Below are positions 11,100-24,794 of a stretch of DNA of 64,000 nt, piece by piece (within the stretch, counting starts at the first letter, position 1; each line of letters starts with the position of its first letter). Source of the DNA: Mobula hypostoma (lineage: Eukaryota). The notes under the pieces were generated by a model that worked only from the letters and a program-made list of their open reading frames with translations, searched no databases and was not told the DNA's origin. The stretch covers positions 200,944,001-201,008,000 of the forward strand of contig NC_086100.1 in NCBI RefSeq assembly GCF_963921235.1, given 5' to 3'. The position numbers were made by a program, and so were the translations under genes.

Positions 11100-12200
11100 C
11101 ATCAGAGATTACAACATCAGGGAATGTTCTGTGATTACAGATCGGGGAATATTCAGTGATTACAGATCAGGGGATATTCAGTGATTACAGATCAGGGAAT
11201 GTTCAGTGATTACAGATCAGGGAATATTCAGTGATTACAGATCAGGGAATGTTCAGTGGTTACAGATCGGAATGTTCAGTGATTACAGATCAGAGAACGT
11301 TCAGTGATTACAGATCAGGGAATGTTCAGTGATTACAGATCAGAGAACATTCAGTGAATACAGATCAGGGAACGTTCAGTGATTACAGATCGGGGAATAT
11401 TCAGTGATTACAGATCAGGGAATATTCAGTGATTACAGATCAGGGAATGTTCTGTGATTACAGATCAGGGAATGTTCAGTGATTACAGATCAAAGAACGT
11501 TCAGTGATTACAGATCGGGGAATGTTCAGTGATTACAGATCAGGGAACGTTCAGTGATTACAGATCAGGGAACGTTCAGTGATTACAGATCGGGGAATAT
11601 TCAGTGATTACAGATCAGGGAATGTTCAGTGATTACAGATCAGAGAACATTCAGTGAATACAGATCAGGGAACGTTCAGTGATTACAGATCGGGGAATAT
11701 TCAGTGATTACAGATCAGGGAATATTCAGTGATTACAGATCAGGGAATGTTCTGTGATTACAGATCAGGGAATGTTCAGTGATTACAGATCAAAGAACGT
11801 TCAGTGATTACAGATCGGGGAATGTTCAGTGATTACAGATCAGGGAACGTTCAGTGATTACAGATTGGGGAAAATTCAGTGATTACAGATCAGGGAATAT
11901 TCAGTGATTACAGATCAGGGAATATTCAGTGATTACAGATTAGGGAATATTCAGTGATTACAGATCGGGGAACGTTCAGTGATTACAGATTGGGGAATGT
12001 TCAGTGATTACATATTGGGGAATGTTCAGCGATTACAGATCGGGAAATGTTCAGTGATTACAGATCAGGAAATATTCAGCGGTTACAGATCAGAGAATGT
12101 TCAGTGATTACAGATCAGCGAATATTGAGTGATTACAGATCGGGGAACGTTCAGTGATTACAGATCAGGGAATATTCAGTGATTACAGATTAGGGAATGA
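11100..12200. repeat. 25-bp minisatellite, ~44 copies
   Basis: Unit GGGAATRTTCAGTGATTACAGATCA, with an internal duplication at a 300-bp offset (11341-11565 = 11641-11865). Confidence 0.95.
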
Positions 12201-12779
12201 ACATTGATTGCTCAAAGAGAGTGTACTGTGATTACAATACGAGGAATGATAAGAGATTCCAGAATTGGATTTTTAAATTACAGCAAAGGAAATAGTTAAA
12301 GTTATCATTATACAGCATGAAACAGGCCCTACAGTACAACTCATTCATGCTAAACAAGTCACCAAACTGAACTAGTCTCAATTGCCCATGTTTGTTAAAT
12401 TGCTAAATTGTCTTCTCATTGTCACGTGTTCCAAGGTAGAGTGAAGGAATTTGTTTTACATTGTGTTATTTCATCGTATCAGTGCAGTGTGGTCGTACCA
12501 GGTTAAACAATAGCAGAATGCAGATGATTTGAACCTGAGGACGGCTCTCAGCTTGAAATGTCAGCTGTATAATCCCCTCCATAGAAGCTGCCTGACCTGC
12601 TGAGTTCCTCCAGCATTTTGTGTGTGTTGCTCTGGATTTCTGGCATTTGCAGACTCTGGTGTTTACAGAATGCAGTATCAGAGTTACAGTTACTGAGAAA
12701 GTGCAGTGTGGACAAACAATAATGTGCAAATCCATAACAAGGTAGATTGTGAGATAAAGAATTCCTCTTATTATACTAG

Positions 12780-14115
12780 ACAATTGTTCAATAGTCTTAT
12801 AGCAGTGGGATAGAAGCTGTTCTTGAGTCTGATGGTGTGTACTTTCAGGCTTTTGTATCTTCTGCCTGATGAGAAAGAAGAGAAGAAAGAATGTCTGGGG
12901 TGAATAGGGTCTTTGATTATGTTGGCTGTTTCACTGAGGCAGAGAGAAGTGTAGACAGAATCCATGGAGGGGAGGCTGGTTTCTGTGATGTCCACAACTC
13001 TCCATAGTTTCTCGTGGTCTCAGGCAGAGCAGTCGCCGTACCAAGCCATCTGTATTAAACATCGCATATTTAGCCAAACACATGTACATCTTGCAACCTC
13101 TCGAGTGCAATCATATTCTTCCTATAGCGTGATGACCATAGCTGCATACATTATAGAAGCAGGGCATTGGGCTGCCATGGTAACCTAGCAGTTTGTGCAA
13201 CGCTGGGTGTCAGAGTCAGAGTTCAATTCTGACATCATCTGTAAGGAGTCTGTACGTTCCTCCGGGTCCTTCGGTTTCTTCCTGCAGTCCAAAGATGTGC
13301 CAGTCAGTACAATGCAATACATAATAATATAGACGAAAACTTTGAACTACAGTTAGTCTGTGTGTATATACATGGTTAAATAAGTAGTGCAAAAATATAG
13401 AAATAAAAAAGTAGTGAGGTAGCGTTCATGGGTTCAATGTCCGTTCAGGATCAGATGGCAGGAGGAAGAAGCTGTTCCTGAATTGTTGAGTGTGTACCTC
13501 CTTCCTGATGGCAGCAGTGAGAACAAAGCACGACCTGGTCGATGGGGGTCCTTGATGATGTCTTTTTGAAGCATTGTTCTCTGAAGGTGTCTTGTATATT
13601 ATGGAGGCTAGTATTCATGATGGAGCTGACTTATTTTACAACTCTCTGCAGCTTACTTTGACCCTGTGCAGTAGCCCTGCCATACCAGGGAGTGATGCAG
13701 CTGGGTAGAATGCTCTCCACACTACATCTGTAGGAATTTTCGAGTGTTTTTGGAGACATAGCAAATCTTCTCAAACTCCTAGTGAAATATAGCCACTATC
13801 AAGCCTACTTTGTAACTGCATCGATATGTTGAGTCCACGTTAGATCCACAAAGATATTGACACAGGAACTTGAAGTTACTCACTCTCTTCACTTCTGATC
13901 TGTTTATGGGAATTGGTGAGTGTTCCCTCGTCTTATGCTTTCTAAAGTCCACAATCAGTTCTTTCATCTTACTGAAGTTGAATGCAAGGTTGTTGCTACG
14001 ACACCGCTCAAATAGCTGATATATCTAACTCCTGTACACCCTCTTGTCAATGTCTAAAATTTTGCCGATAATGGTTGTATCGTCAACAAATTTATGGTCA
14101 TGGGTGTAGAGAGAG
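12780..14115 (-). mobile_element. Cluster of Rex1/Babar-like LINE 3' fragments with an intervening SINE (13168-13310, +)
   Basis: ORFs IIKDPIHPRHSFFSSFSSGRRYKSLK and KELIVDFRK...VSNFKFL. The SINE has a B-box-like GAGTTCAATTC and core TTCGGTTTCTTCCTGCAGTCCAAAGATGTG. Confidence 0.65.
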
Positions 14116-15149
14116 TAGAGCAAGGGACACCTCTTTTACCCTTATTAGGGAGAGAGAGAGCCTGCGGTATGTCAAATTACCAGGTGAATGAGTAGTCTTT
14201 GGGGAACAGCAAGTCCGTGTCTTTATTGATGCTTTGCTGCATGTTTGAATGCTCGGTGGGGGCCGCCGGTGCTTTTGGCTGGTGGGGGGGCAGGGGGAGT
14301 TTGTTGCTTTGCCGCTGCTTATGCGTGGGTGGGTGGGGGAGCTGGGGGGGGGACTTTGGGGTTCTAACATTTAACTGTCATTCATTGTTTGGGGCACTCC
14401 TCTGTTTTCGTGGATGTTTGCGAAAAAAAAAGCATTTCAGAATATATATTGTATACATTTCTCTGACATTAAATGTACCTTTGAAACCTTAACTTATTGT
14501 GTTTTACTTGTGCTACATCAGATCTGGAGTAACAATTACTTTGTTCTCCTTTACACTTATGTACTGGAAATGACATTAAACAATCTTGAATCTTGAATCT
14601 TTGGTCCGTATCCTTCTCAACTTTTCCTATCCATGTACTTGTCCAGATGCCTTTCAAGTGTCATAATTGTAATCGACCTTACCACTTCTTCTGGCAGCTT
14701 GTTCTGTATACATATAATCATTTGTGTGGAAAAACCTGTCCCTCAAGTCCCTTTTAAATCTTTCCTTGCACTTTAACGTTTGTCTCCTTTTGGACACCCT
14801 GCACCGGGAGTAAGGCTGTGGCTGTTCACCCTCTCTGTGCTCCATGTGATTTTATAAACATTGATAAGATCACCTCTCAGACTCCTCCAATCCAGGGAAA
14901 CATTTCCTGGACTATCCAGCCTCTCCTTCAGCCCCAGTAAATCCTCGTGAATAATTTTTGTATGTTTTATATTTTAATGACATCTTGCCCCTAGCAGGAA
15001 ACTGGAACTTTCTGCAGTTCTCCAAATAATGAGGGGTATAGATAGGGTATGGGTGGTGGGGTGGAGATTTGTCTCTACTATAGGAGGTGAAAGGCATTCC
15101 TTCTATCCACTAGCCTGCAGGTCGCTCCTTTGGCAGGGTGTAGCACCTG

Positions 15150-17285
15150 CCTAGGTTAACAACTCTCTGGTTAAGAAATCAAGGCCTTTCAATGTTTGTT
15201 TGGTTTTGATGAAATCCCACCCCCCCACCTCATTCTTCTGAATTCCACTCAGTACAGGCCCAGGGCCATCAAATGCACCTCATATGATATGTCTTTCAAC
15301 CCTGGAAACATTTTCGTGAACCTTCTTTCACCCCTTCCAATGTCAATGCATCCTTTCTAAGATAAGGGGCCCAAAACTGCTCACAATACTCCAAGTGAGG
15401 CCTCACCAGTGCTGTATAAAGCCTCAACATTACATCCTTGCTTTTATATTCAAGTCTCCTCAAAATGAATGCTAACATCACATTTGCATTCCTCACCACA
15501 GTCTCAACCTGCAAATTAACCTTCCAGGAATCCTGCACGAGGACTCCTCGGTCCCTTTGCACCTCAGATTTTTGAATTTTCTCTCCATTTAGAAAATATT
15601 GTACTCTTTTATTTCTTCTACCAAAGTGCATGATCAAACACTTCCTGACACTGTATTCCACCTGCCACATCTTTTTCCATTTTTCTAATCTGACTAAGTC
15701 CTTCTGTAGCCTCTCTGCTTCCTCAACACTACCTTCCCCTCCACCTATCTTCATATTGTCCACAAACCTGGTCACAAAGCCACCAATTCCATCATCCAAA
15801 TCATTGACATATAAAGTAAAATGAAATAGTTCCAACACAAACCCCTGTGGAACACCACTAGTCACCAGCAGCCAGCCAGAAAAGGTGCCATTTTTTTTCC
15901 CAATCTTTGCCTCCTGCCAATCAGCCACCGCTTTATCAATGCTAGAATCTTTCCTGTAATAAATCTTTTTCGTAGCTTGTTAAGCAGCCTCATATGTGGC
16001 ATCTTGTCAAAGGCTTTCTGAAAATCCAAGTAAACAGCATCCACCCATTCTCCTTTGTCTATCTTGTCTGTTATTTCTTCAAAGAATTCCAACAGATTTG
16101 TCAGGCAAGATTTGCCTTTGAGGAAACTATGCTGACTGCGGCCTATTTTATCATATGCTCCCAAGTACCCTGAAACCACAATCGACTCCAACATCTTCCC
16201 ATCCGCTGAGGTCAGACTAGTTGGCATATAATTTCCATTCTTCTGCCTCTCCCGCTTCTTAAAGAGTGGAATAAAATTTACAATTTTCTAGACCTTCCGA
16301 ACCATGCAAGGATCTATTGATTCTAGAAATATCATTACTAATGCCTCTACAAGCTCTTCATACACCTCCTTCAGAACCCTGAAGTGTAGTCCATCTGATC
16401 CAGGTTATATATCTACCTGCAAACCTTTCAGTTTCCCAAGCACCTTCTCTCTAGTAGTGGCAACTTCACTCACTTCACCCCCGTGTCATTCTCGAACTTC
16501 CAGCTTACTGCTAGTGTCTTCCACAGTGAAATACTTATTCACTACATCCGCCATTTTGTTGTTCCCCATTACTACCTCTCCAGCATCATTGTCCAGCAGT
16601 CCAATATCTACCCTCACCTCTCTTTTATTCTTTATAATGTTTATCTGAATAAACTTTTGGTATCTGCTATAATATTATTGGTCAACTTACGTTCATATTC
16701 CATATTTTCCTTCTTTATGACTTTTTTAGTTGCCTTCTGTTGGTTTATAAAAGCTTCCCAATCCTCTAACTTGTCACTAATTTTTGCTCTAACATTTACT
16801 TTCACTTTTATGTTGGCATTGACTTTCCTTGTCAGCCAGAGTTGCATCATCCTGTCTTTATAACACCTCTGCTTTGGGATAGATCTGTCCACCACCTTCC
16901 AAATTGCCCCCTTCTAATCAATTTTCCAGCTCCTCTCTTATGCCTCTGTTATTCCCCTTATTCCACTGTAATACTGATACATCTGACTTTAGCTTCTCCT
17001 TCTCAAATTGCAGACTGAATTCTATCATATTGTGATCACTGGCTCCTAAGATTTCCTTTACCTTAAGCTCTTTAATCAATTATGATTCATTGAACAACAC
17101 CCAATCCAGAATAGCTGATCCCCAGTGGGCTCAACCACGAGTTGCTCTGAAAAGCCACTTGTAGACATTCTACAAATACCCCCTCTTGGGATCCAGCACC
17201 AACCTAATTTTCCCAATATATCTTGTATTGAAATCTCCCATGACTATTGAAATATTGCCCTTGACATGCATTTTTATGTCCCATT
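15150..17285 (-). mobile_element. CR1 LINE ORF2 fragment
   Basis: SQHSFLKGKSCLTNLLEFFEE, YLDFQKAFDK, TSGVPQG, LYTALVRPHLEYCEQFWAPY, with frameshifts. Confidence 0.9.
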
Positions 17286-18159
17286 ATAGTTGACTGATTC
17301 GATATTTGTATCAATGAGCAGATGTACCTATTATAATGGTCATTGAGTACATGTCAAGTAATTTGTTGTTTTGCTGCAGCAGTACAGTGCAACACATAAA
17401 AAAATCTATAGGTTATAAGAAGAAAACAAGAAGTCGTGCAAGAGAAGAGCAAAATAGTGAGATTCGTAGACCATTCAGAAATCTGATTTTGGAGGAGAGG
17501 AAGCTATTCCTAAAATACTGAGGGTGTGTATTTAGGCTCCTGATGGTAGATCACATGTCCCAGGTGGCGAGGGTCTTTACTGATGGATGCTGCCTTCCTG
17601 AGGCACTGATACTTGAAGATGCCCCAGTGGTGGGAAGGCCAGTGCCTGTGTTGGAGCTGGCTGAGTTTACAGCCTTTCCAGATCCTGTGCATTGGAGCCT
17701 CCGTACCAGACAGTCATGTAACCGGTCAGAATGTTCTCCATGGTATATCGAGCAAAATTTGCTCGAGTCTTTGGTGACTCCTCAGACTCCTAACGAAGTA
17801 TAGCCTTCATCAGGGAGGCTTTCCTCTTCACTGCCCTCAGGGCTTCGCTGTCATTCCCTGCTGCCTGCTTTTACTTCTTGAGACGTGAAAGGACCCATAG
17901 CTGGGCTGTGGGGAGGGAAAAGGGGAAGTGAAACACCACATGAAGTTCTCCAGTTAACCCACACTTCTGTGCTCCTTGGTCTGTGTGGTTCCCTTCCCCA
18001 TCACCCCGGCCGATCAGTTCTATGCCCCTTCCCCTACTGATACTATCTGCCTTCCGCCTTTCCCTCATCCAGTTCCTCATTATGTTCCTTACCTTACCTA
18101 TCAGGCTGCAGCACCTGAAACCTCTTGTGTCTCCATTTATTAACCATTTATGACTAACA

Positions 18160-18425
18160 TGAGATGGCATAGTTTTAAGGTGCAGGGGAGATGTCAGGGG
18201 TAAGTTTTTTACACAGAGAGTGGTGAGTGAGTGAACGGGCTGCCAGCGATAGTGGTGGAGGTGGATACGATCGGGTCTTTTAAGAGACTCCTGGACAGGT
18301 ACATGGAGCTTAGAAAAATAGAGGGCTATGGGTAACCCTAGGTAATTTCTAAGGTAAGGACATGTTTGGCACAGCATTGTGGGCCGAAGGGCCTGTATTG
18401 TGCTGTAGGCTTTCTATGTCTCTAT
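18160..18425 (+). mobile_element. CR1 3' end, inserted in a decayed PLE tail
   Basis: ...TTTTTACACAGAGAGTGGTG...GGGCCGAAGGGCCTGTATTGTGCTGTAGG..TTCTATG tail; same subfamily as the minus-strand copies at ~43465-43855 and ~48915-49557. Confidence 0.75.
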
Positions 18426-18789
18426 CTCCTTCCAGCCTCAGAGCCTAGTTTGCTTCCCTGTACACCCGCCTGACTTCATTTGCCTATCTTTTACTGGTCA
18501 TTTACATATCTATCACCCACCAGCCACTGCTTCCTCACTCCACCCCTGGCTCCATCTGTCATATCGTTCCTCCTCACCCGAATCCTCCTTTCATTTGTCA
18601 CACCCAGCTTCACCCACCCACATTCATTTATTTATCTCATGCACATCCGAATATTCTGCGTTATCGATGTGTTGGGGGCAGTCCACGGGTGTCGCTGAGT
18701 TTTGCAGCAACCAATCAACTAGGAGGGAGCGTGTAAATACAGCTATCTTTTCAATTAGGTCCACGATCAAGATTTAAAAGGTAGAGCTA

Positions 18790-20420
18790 GCCGGCAGTTT
18801 ATCTGAGTTTTGCCATGACCAATCACTGGGTGGGATTCATTAGAAAGGGTGAGTAAGAATAACGCAAGCACAAGCGGAGCGGCCGTTGTTGTGAGTGGGC
18901 CGGTGTTAGAGCGGCTTTGGCTCATCAGGCTTGGGTGAGGTAAAGTATCTGGCGAGTTTCTCTTTTTCTTCTTAATTCTTCATTCCTCATCAGTCAGGGC
19001 ATAGTAGTGGAGTGAGAATAGCTCCAAGGACAGTGTTTTGTCCTGTGTCTGGCGTGTGGGAAGTCTGGGAGACCGCCTGGATAAACACATCTGCACCAGG
19101 TGCAACGAGTTGCAGCTTCTGAAAGAGTGTATTCAGGAAATGAAGCTGCAGCAGGATCACCTTCGACCCTACAGGAGGATAAAGAGGTGATGGACAGGAG
19201 CTACAGGGAGGCAGTCACCCTCTAGGTTGCAGAAAACAGGTAACTGGGTGACTGTCAGGAGAAGGAGGGGAAATACACAGCCGTTACCCTCAATAATAAA
19301 TATACAAGTTTAGATACTGTTGAAGGGGACGACCAGCCGGGGGCAGCACAGACTCTGGCACGAGAGCAGAGAGTGAAGAGGACTGCAGTGCTGATTCCAT
19401 AGTCAGAGGAACAGAGACGAGGTTCTGTGGAAATGATACAGACATCTGGATGGTATGTTGCCTCCCTGGTGCCCGGACCAGGGATGTCTCGGATCGGATC
19501 CATGGCATTCTCAAGAGCGAGGGTGAGCAGCCAGAAGTCTTGGTACATACTGGCACCAATGACATAGGTAGACAAGGTGAAGATGTCCTGAAGAGAGATT
19601 TTAGGGAGCGAGGTAGAAAGCTGAGAAACAGGACCACTAGGGTAGCAATCTCTGGTGTGGTAAGAATAGAATAAAAGGGTTGACTATTTTCTGAATGGCG
19701 AGAAGATTTAAAAATCTTGAAGCCTTTGCGCAGGAATCCCTGAAGGTTTTTTAGTACGTTGAGTCTGTTGTGAGGAAGGAAAATGTGATGTTGGCATTTA
19801 TTTCAAGAGGACTAGAATATAAAAGCAAGGATGTAATGTTGAGGCTTTGTAAAGCACTGATGAGGCCTCACTTGGAACACTGTGAGTAGTTTTGGGCCCT
19901 TTATCTTAGAAAGGATGCATTGATATTGGAGAAAGCTCAAAGAAGGTTCACAAAAATGATTCCAGTTTTGTCATATGAAGAGTGTTTGATGGCTCTGGGC
20001 CTGTTCTCAGTAGAATTCAGAAGAATGAGGGTGACCTCATTGAAACCTATCGAATGGTGAAAGGCTTTGATAAGGTGGAAGTGGAGAGGGTGTTTCCTAT
20101 GGCGGGAGCATCCAGGACCAGAGGACACAGCCTCAGAACTGAGCGGCGTCCTTTCAGAACAGAGATGAGGAGGGATTTCTTTAGCCAGAGGGTGGTGAAT
20201 CTGTGGAATTCTTTGCCGCAGGCAGCTGTGGAGGCCAAGTCTTTATGTATATTTAGGGCAGAGGCTTATAGATTCTTGATTTGTCAGGGCATTGAAGGAT
20301 AAGGGGAGAAGGCAGGAGATTGGGGCTGAGAGGAAAATTGGATCAGCCATGATGGAATGTGGAGCAGCCTTGATGGGCCAAATGGCCTAATTCTGCTCCT
20401 GTATTTTATGGTCTTATGGT
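18790..20420 (+). mobile_element. CR1 ORF1 (SGNH esterase) joined directly to the 3' end of ORF2
   Basis: MVCCLPGARTRDVSDRIHGILKSEGEQPEVLVHTGTNDIGR (esterase), then from ~19660 GDLIETYRM...FFSQRVVNLWNSLP and a (TTATGGTC)n tail. Confidence 0.8.
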
Positions 20421-20777
20421 GTTACCACACATTCCTGCTGCAACATAGTAATGTCCACCATGGCCAGCAGAACAAAACAGAACCCAACAAGCAACAAAAC
20501 AACTACAGCGAAACAGGCTTCTTTCCTCGTTCTCACCCATACATGGCAGTCCTCCAACTCCAGAACAGACCTCTGGACCTCCGGGCTTCATCATCAGGCC
20601 TCGACCTCCGGCATCTTATGGATATTCAGTCTTCAATCTTCGGTATTGATCCCCGCACCCCCCCCGGGACTAGCTGATGACGTGACACTGAGGCCTGAAC
20701 TAGTGCATCAACTGATGGCTCTCGGTGTCCCATGTACCTCTACTTGCAAGGTAGGAGGTCCCTTTCTTTTCCGGCTA

Positions 20778-23700
20778 TCTCCATGTACAGTCTCCGTGTA
20801 CACTCTCCCTGTACAGTCTCCATGTACAGTCTCCATGTACAGTCTCCGTGTACAGTCTCCATGTACAGTCTCCGTGTACAGTCTCCATGTACACTCTCCA
20901 TGTACAGTCTCCGTGTACACTCTCCGTGTACAGTCTCCATGTACAGTCTCCGTGTACACTCTCCCTGTACAGTCTCCATGTACAGTCTCCATGTACACTC
21001 TCCATGTACAGTCTCCGTGTACACTCTCCGTGTACACTCTCCGTGTAGTCTCCGTGTACACTCTCCCTGTACAGTCTCCATGTACAGTCTCCATGTACAG
21101 TCTCCATGTACAGTCTCCGTGTACAGTCTCCATGTACAGTCTCCGTGTACAGTCTCCATGTACAGTCTCCATGTACAGTCTCCATGTACACTCTCCATGT
21201 ACAGTCTCCGTGTACACTCTCCGTGTACACTCTCCGTGTAGTCTCCGTGTACACTCTCCCTGTACAGTCTCCATGTACAGTCTCCATGTACAGTCTCCAT
21301 GTACAGTCTCCGTGTACAGTCTCCATGTACAGTCTCCGTGTACAGTCTCCATGTACAGTCTCCATGTACAGTCTCCATGTACACTCTCCATGTACAGTCT
21401 CCATGTACAGTCTCCATGTACAGTCTCCATGTACAGTCTCCATGTACACTCTCCATGTACAGTCTCCGTGTACACTCTCCGTGTAGTCTCCGTGTACACT
21501 CTCCATGTACAGTCTCCATGTACAGTCTCCATGTACACTCTCCGTGTACACTCTCCGTGTAGTCTCCGTGTACACTCTCCCTGTACAGTCTCCATGTACA
21601 GTCTCCATGTACAGTCTCCGTGTACAGTCTCCATGTACAGTCTCCGTGTACACTCTCCGTGTACACTCTCCGTGTAGTCTCCGTGTACACTCTCCCTGTA
21701 CAGTCTCCATGTACAGTCTCCATGTACAGTCTCCGTGTACAGTCTCCATGTACAGTCTCCGTGTACAGTCTCCATGTACAGTCTCCATGTACAGTCTCCA
21801 TGTACACTCTCCATGTACAGTCTCCGTGTACACTCTCCGTGTACACTCTCCGTGTAGTCTCCGTGTACACTCTCCCTGTACAGTCTCCATGTACAGTCTC
21901 CATGTACAGTCTCCATGTACAGTCTCCGTGTACAGTCTCCATGTACAGTCTCCGTGTACAGTCTCCATGTACAGTCTCCATGTACAGTCTCCATGTACAC
22001 TCTCCATGTACAGTCTCCATGTACAGTCTCCATGTACAGTCTCCATGTACAGTCTCCATGTACACTCTCCATGTACAGTCTCCGTGTACACTCTCCGTGT
22101 AGTCTCCGTGTACACTCTCCATGTACAGTCTCCATGTACAGTCTCCATGTACACTCTCCGTGTACACTCTCCGTGTAGTCTCCGTGTACACTCTCCATGT
22201 ACAGTCTCCATGTACAGTCTCCATGTACAGTCTCCGTGTACACTCTCCGTGTACACTCTCCGTGTACACTCTCCGTGTACACTCTCCGTGTAGTCTCCGT
22301 GTACACTCTCCCTGTACAGTCTCCATGTACAGTCTCCATGTACACTCTCCATGTACAGTCTCCGTGTACTCTCCATGTACACTCTCCGTGTACAGTCTCC
22401 GTGTACACTCTCCCTGTACACTCTCCGTGTACACTCTCCCTGTACAGTCTCCGTGTACACTCTCCGTGTACACTCTCCCTGTACACTCTCCGTGTACACT
22501 CTCCATGTACAGTCTCCGTGTACACTCTCCGTGTACACTCTCCGTGTACACTCTCCCTGTACACTCTCCGTGTACACTCTCCATGTACAGTCTCCGTGTA
22601 CACTCTCCGTGTACACTCTCCGTGTACACTCTCCCTGTACACTCTCCGTGTACACTCTCCCTGTACACTCTCCGTGTACACTCTCCATGTACAGTCTCCG
22701 TGTACACTCTCCATGTACAGTCTCCGTGTACACTCTCCGTGTACACTCTCCGTGTACTCTCCGTGTACACTCTCCGTGTACACTCTCCCTGTACACTCTC
22801 CGTGTACACTCTCCATGTACAGTCTCCGTGTACACTCTCCGTGTACACTCTCCGTGTACACTCTCCCTGTACACTCTCCGTGTACACTCTCCATGTACAG
22901 TCTCCGTGTACACTCTCCGTGTACACTCTCCGTGTACAGTCTCCGTGTACTCTCTCCGTGTACACTCTCCCTGTACACTCTCCGTGTAGTCTCCGTGTAC
23001 ACTCTCCCTGTACACTCTCCGTGTAGTCTCCGTGTACACTCTCCGTGTACACTCTCCGTGTACACTCTCCGTGTACAGTCTCCGTGTACTCTCTCCGTGT
23101 ACACTCTCCCTGTACAGTCTCCGTGTACTCTCTCCGTGTACACTCTCCGTGTACTCTCTCCGTGTACACTCTCCGTGTACAGTCTCCGTGTACACTCTCC
23201 ATGTACAGTCTCCGTGTACACTCTCCGTGTACACTCTCCGTGTACAGTCTCCGTGTACTCTCTCCGTGTACACTCTCCCTGTACACTCTCCGTGTAGTCT
23301 CCGTGTACACTCTCCGTGTACAGTCTCCATGTACAGTCTCTGTGTACACTCTCTGTGTACAGTCTCCGTGTACTCTCTCCGTGTACGCTCTCCGTGTACA
23401 CTCTCCCTGTACACTCTCCGTGTACAGTCTCTGTGTACACTCTCCGTGTACACTCTCCGTGTACACTCTCCATGTACACTCTCGCTGTACACTCTCCGTG
23501 TACACTCTCCGTGTACAGTCTCCATGTACAGTCTCTGTGTACACTCTCTGTGTACAGTCTCCGTGTACTCTCTCCGTGTACGCTCTCCGTGTACACTCTC
23601 CCTGTACACTCTCCGTGTACAGTCTCTGTGTACACTCTCCGTGTACACTCTCCCTGTACACTCTCCGTGTACACTCTCGCTGTACACTCTCCGTGTACAG

Positions 23701-23916
23701 TCTCAGTGTACAGTCTCCGTGTACACTCTCCGTGTACAGTCTCCGTGTACACTCTCCCTGTACACTCTCCGTGTACACTCTCCCTGTACACTCTCCGTAT
23801 ACAGTCTCCGTGTACACTCTCCGTGTACAGTCTCCTTGTACACTCTCCGTGTACACTCCCCGTGTACAGTTCCCGTGTACACTCTCCGTGTACAGTCCCC
23901 GTGTACACTCTCCGTG
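20778..23916. repeat. 13-bp satellite/minisatellite, ~240 copies (3.1 kb)
   Basis: Unit TCTCC(A/G/C)TGTACA(G/C), with recurrent 11-bp variant TCTCCGTGTAG. The long ORFs in all frames result from the repeat period. Confidence 0.98.
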
Positions 23917-24011
23917 CTAATGCTGGGTCTCAGCCCGGAATATTGACCATCCCTCTGCCCCCACTCAGTTCCTGATAATCTGACAAGAGGACAGTGTAGC
24001 TACTGTCAGCT

Positions 24012-24170
24012 TGTAGGGACAGCCACCGCCTCACAGCATCACGGATCCAGGTTCACTGCTGATGGCTGGAGCAATCTGTGTGGAGTTGTACGTTCTCCTT
24101 GTGAATGCGCGCATTTCCTTGGCAAAGGTACATCGAATGGTAGGTTAACTCACTACTGGAAATTGCTCCT
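24012..24170 (+). mobile_element. tRNA-derived (HE1/V-SINE-like) SINE, decayed
   Basis: GCCTCACAGC...CCAGGTTCACTGCTG...TCTGTGTGGAGTTGTACGTTCTCCTTGTGA. Confidence 0.55.
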
Positions 24171-24794
24171 TGCACAAGGGTTGTGACTTGTCAGAAATCT
24201 AGAGATTAGGTTACTGTGATGGGAGGTGTTAGTTCTAGTTAGTTAGGCGTGCAGGCTCGAAGGGCCGAATGGCCTACTCCTGCACCTATTTTCTATGTTT
24301 CTCTGAGTCAGCACAGACTCTGTGTACAGACTGTCCTCATTTTGGTAGAAAATACGAGACTGATATGAAAATCACAGATAGGGTTACCAGGGGAACAGGC
24401 AGTCTGGTTGAGCTGTTCTGAGGGTTGCTAGAGGGAGAGACAACACTATTGAAGGACTGTAAATGCCATTAATTGTTGATGAGTGCATTTAGAGAGGGGA
24501 AAGATAAAACATGAACAAAGGAGTGTGAAAACTGTAGCAATAAACCTGCGCACCAGTTTATATTCTCGTACATTCCTTCATTCACATTCTCTGTCTCCTG
24601 ACTTCATCAACAACCTTTCATCTCTGCACGCCTGGCCCTGCCCTACCAGAGCTATCTCCTCTCTTCCTCTCCCACTCAGAAAGTTAAAACTACCATTTTA
24701 TTTACTCTTTCTCAGTTCTGGCCAAGCGCCTTTGACCTGAGATGTTAATTTTTTCTCTCTCTTTTCACAAATCAAGTTCAGCTTTATCGTTGCA

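Noticed and set aside
11024..11184. C-terminal part of the 124-aa ORF 10810-11184
   Set aside because: Lies past a consensus GTGAGT donor and runs into the minisatellite; intronic read-through.
13168..13310. tRNA gene (also B-box-like motifs at ~24045 and ~41613)
   Set aside because: No cloverleaf; these are SINE-type heads.
20708..23975. ORFs of up to 1066 aa in several frames
   Set aside because: Artefact of a 13-bp repeat with few or no stop codons; the same peptide appears in every frame.
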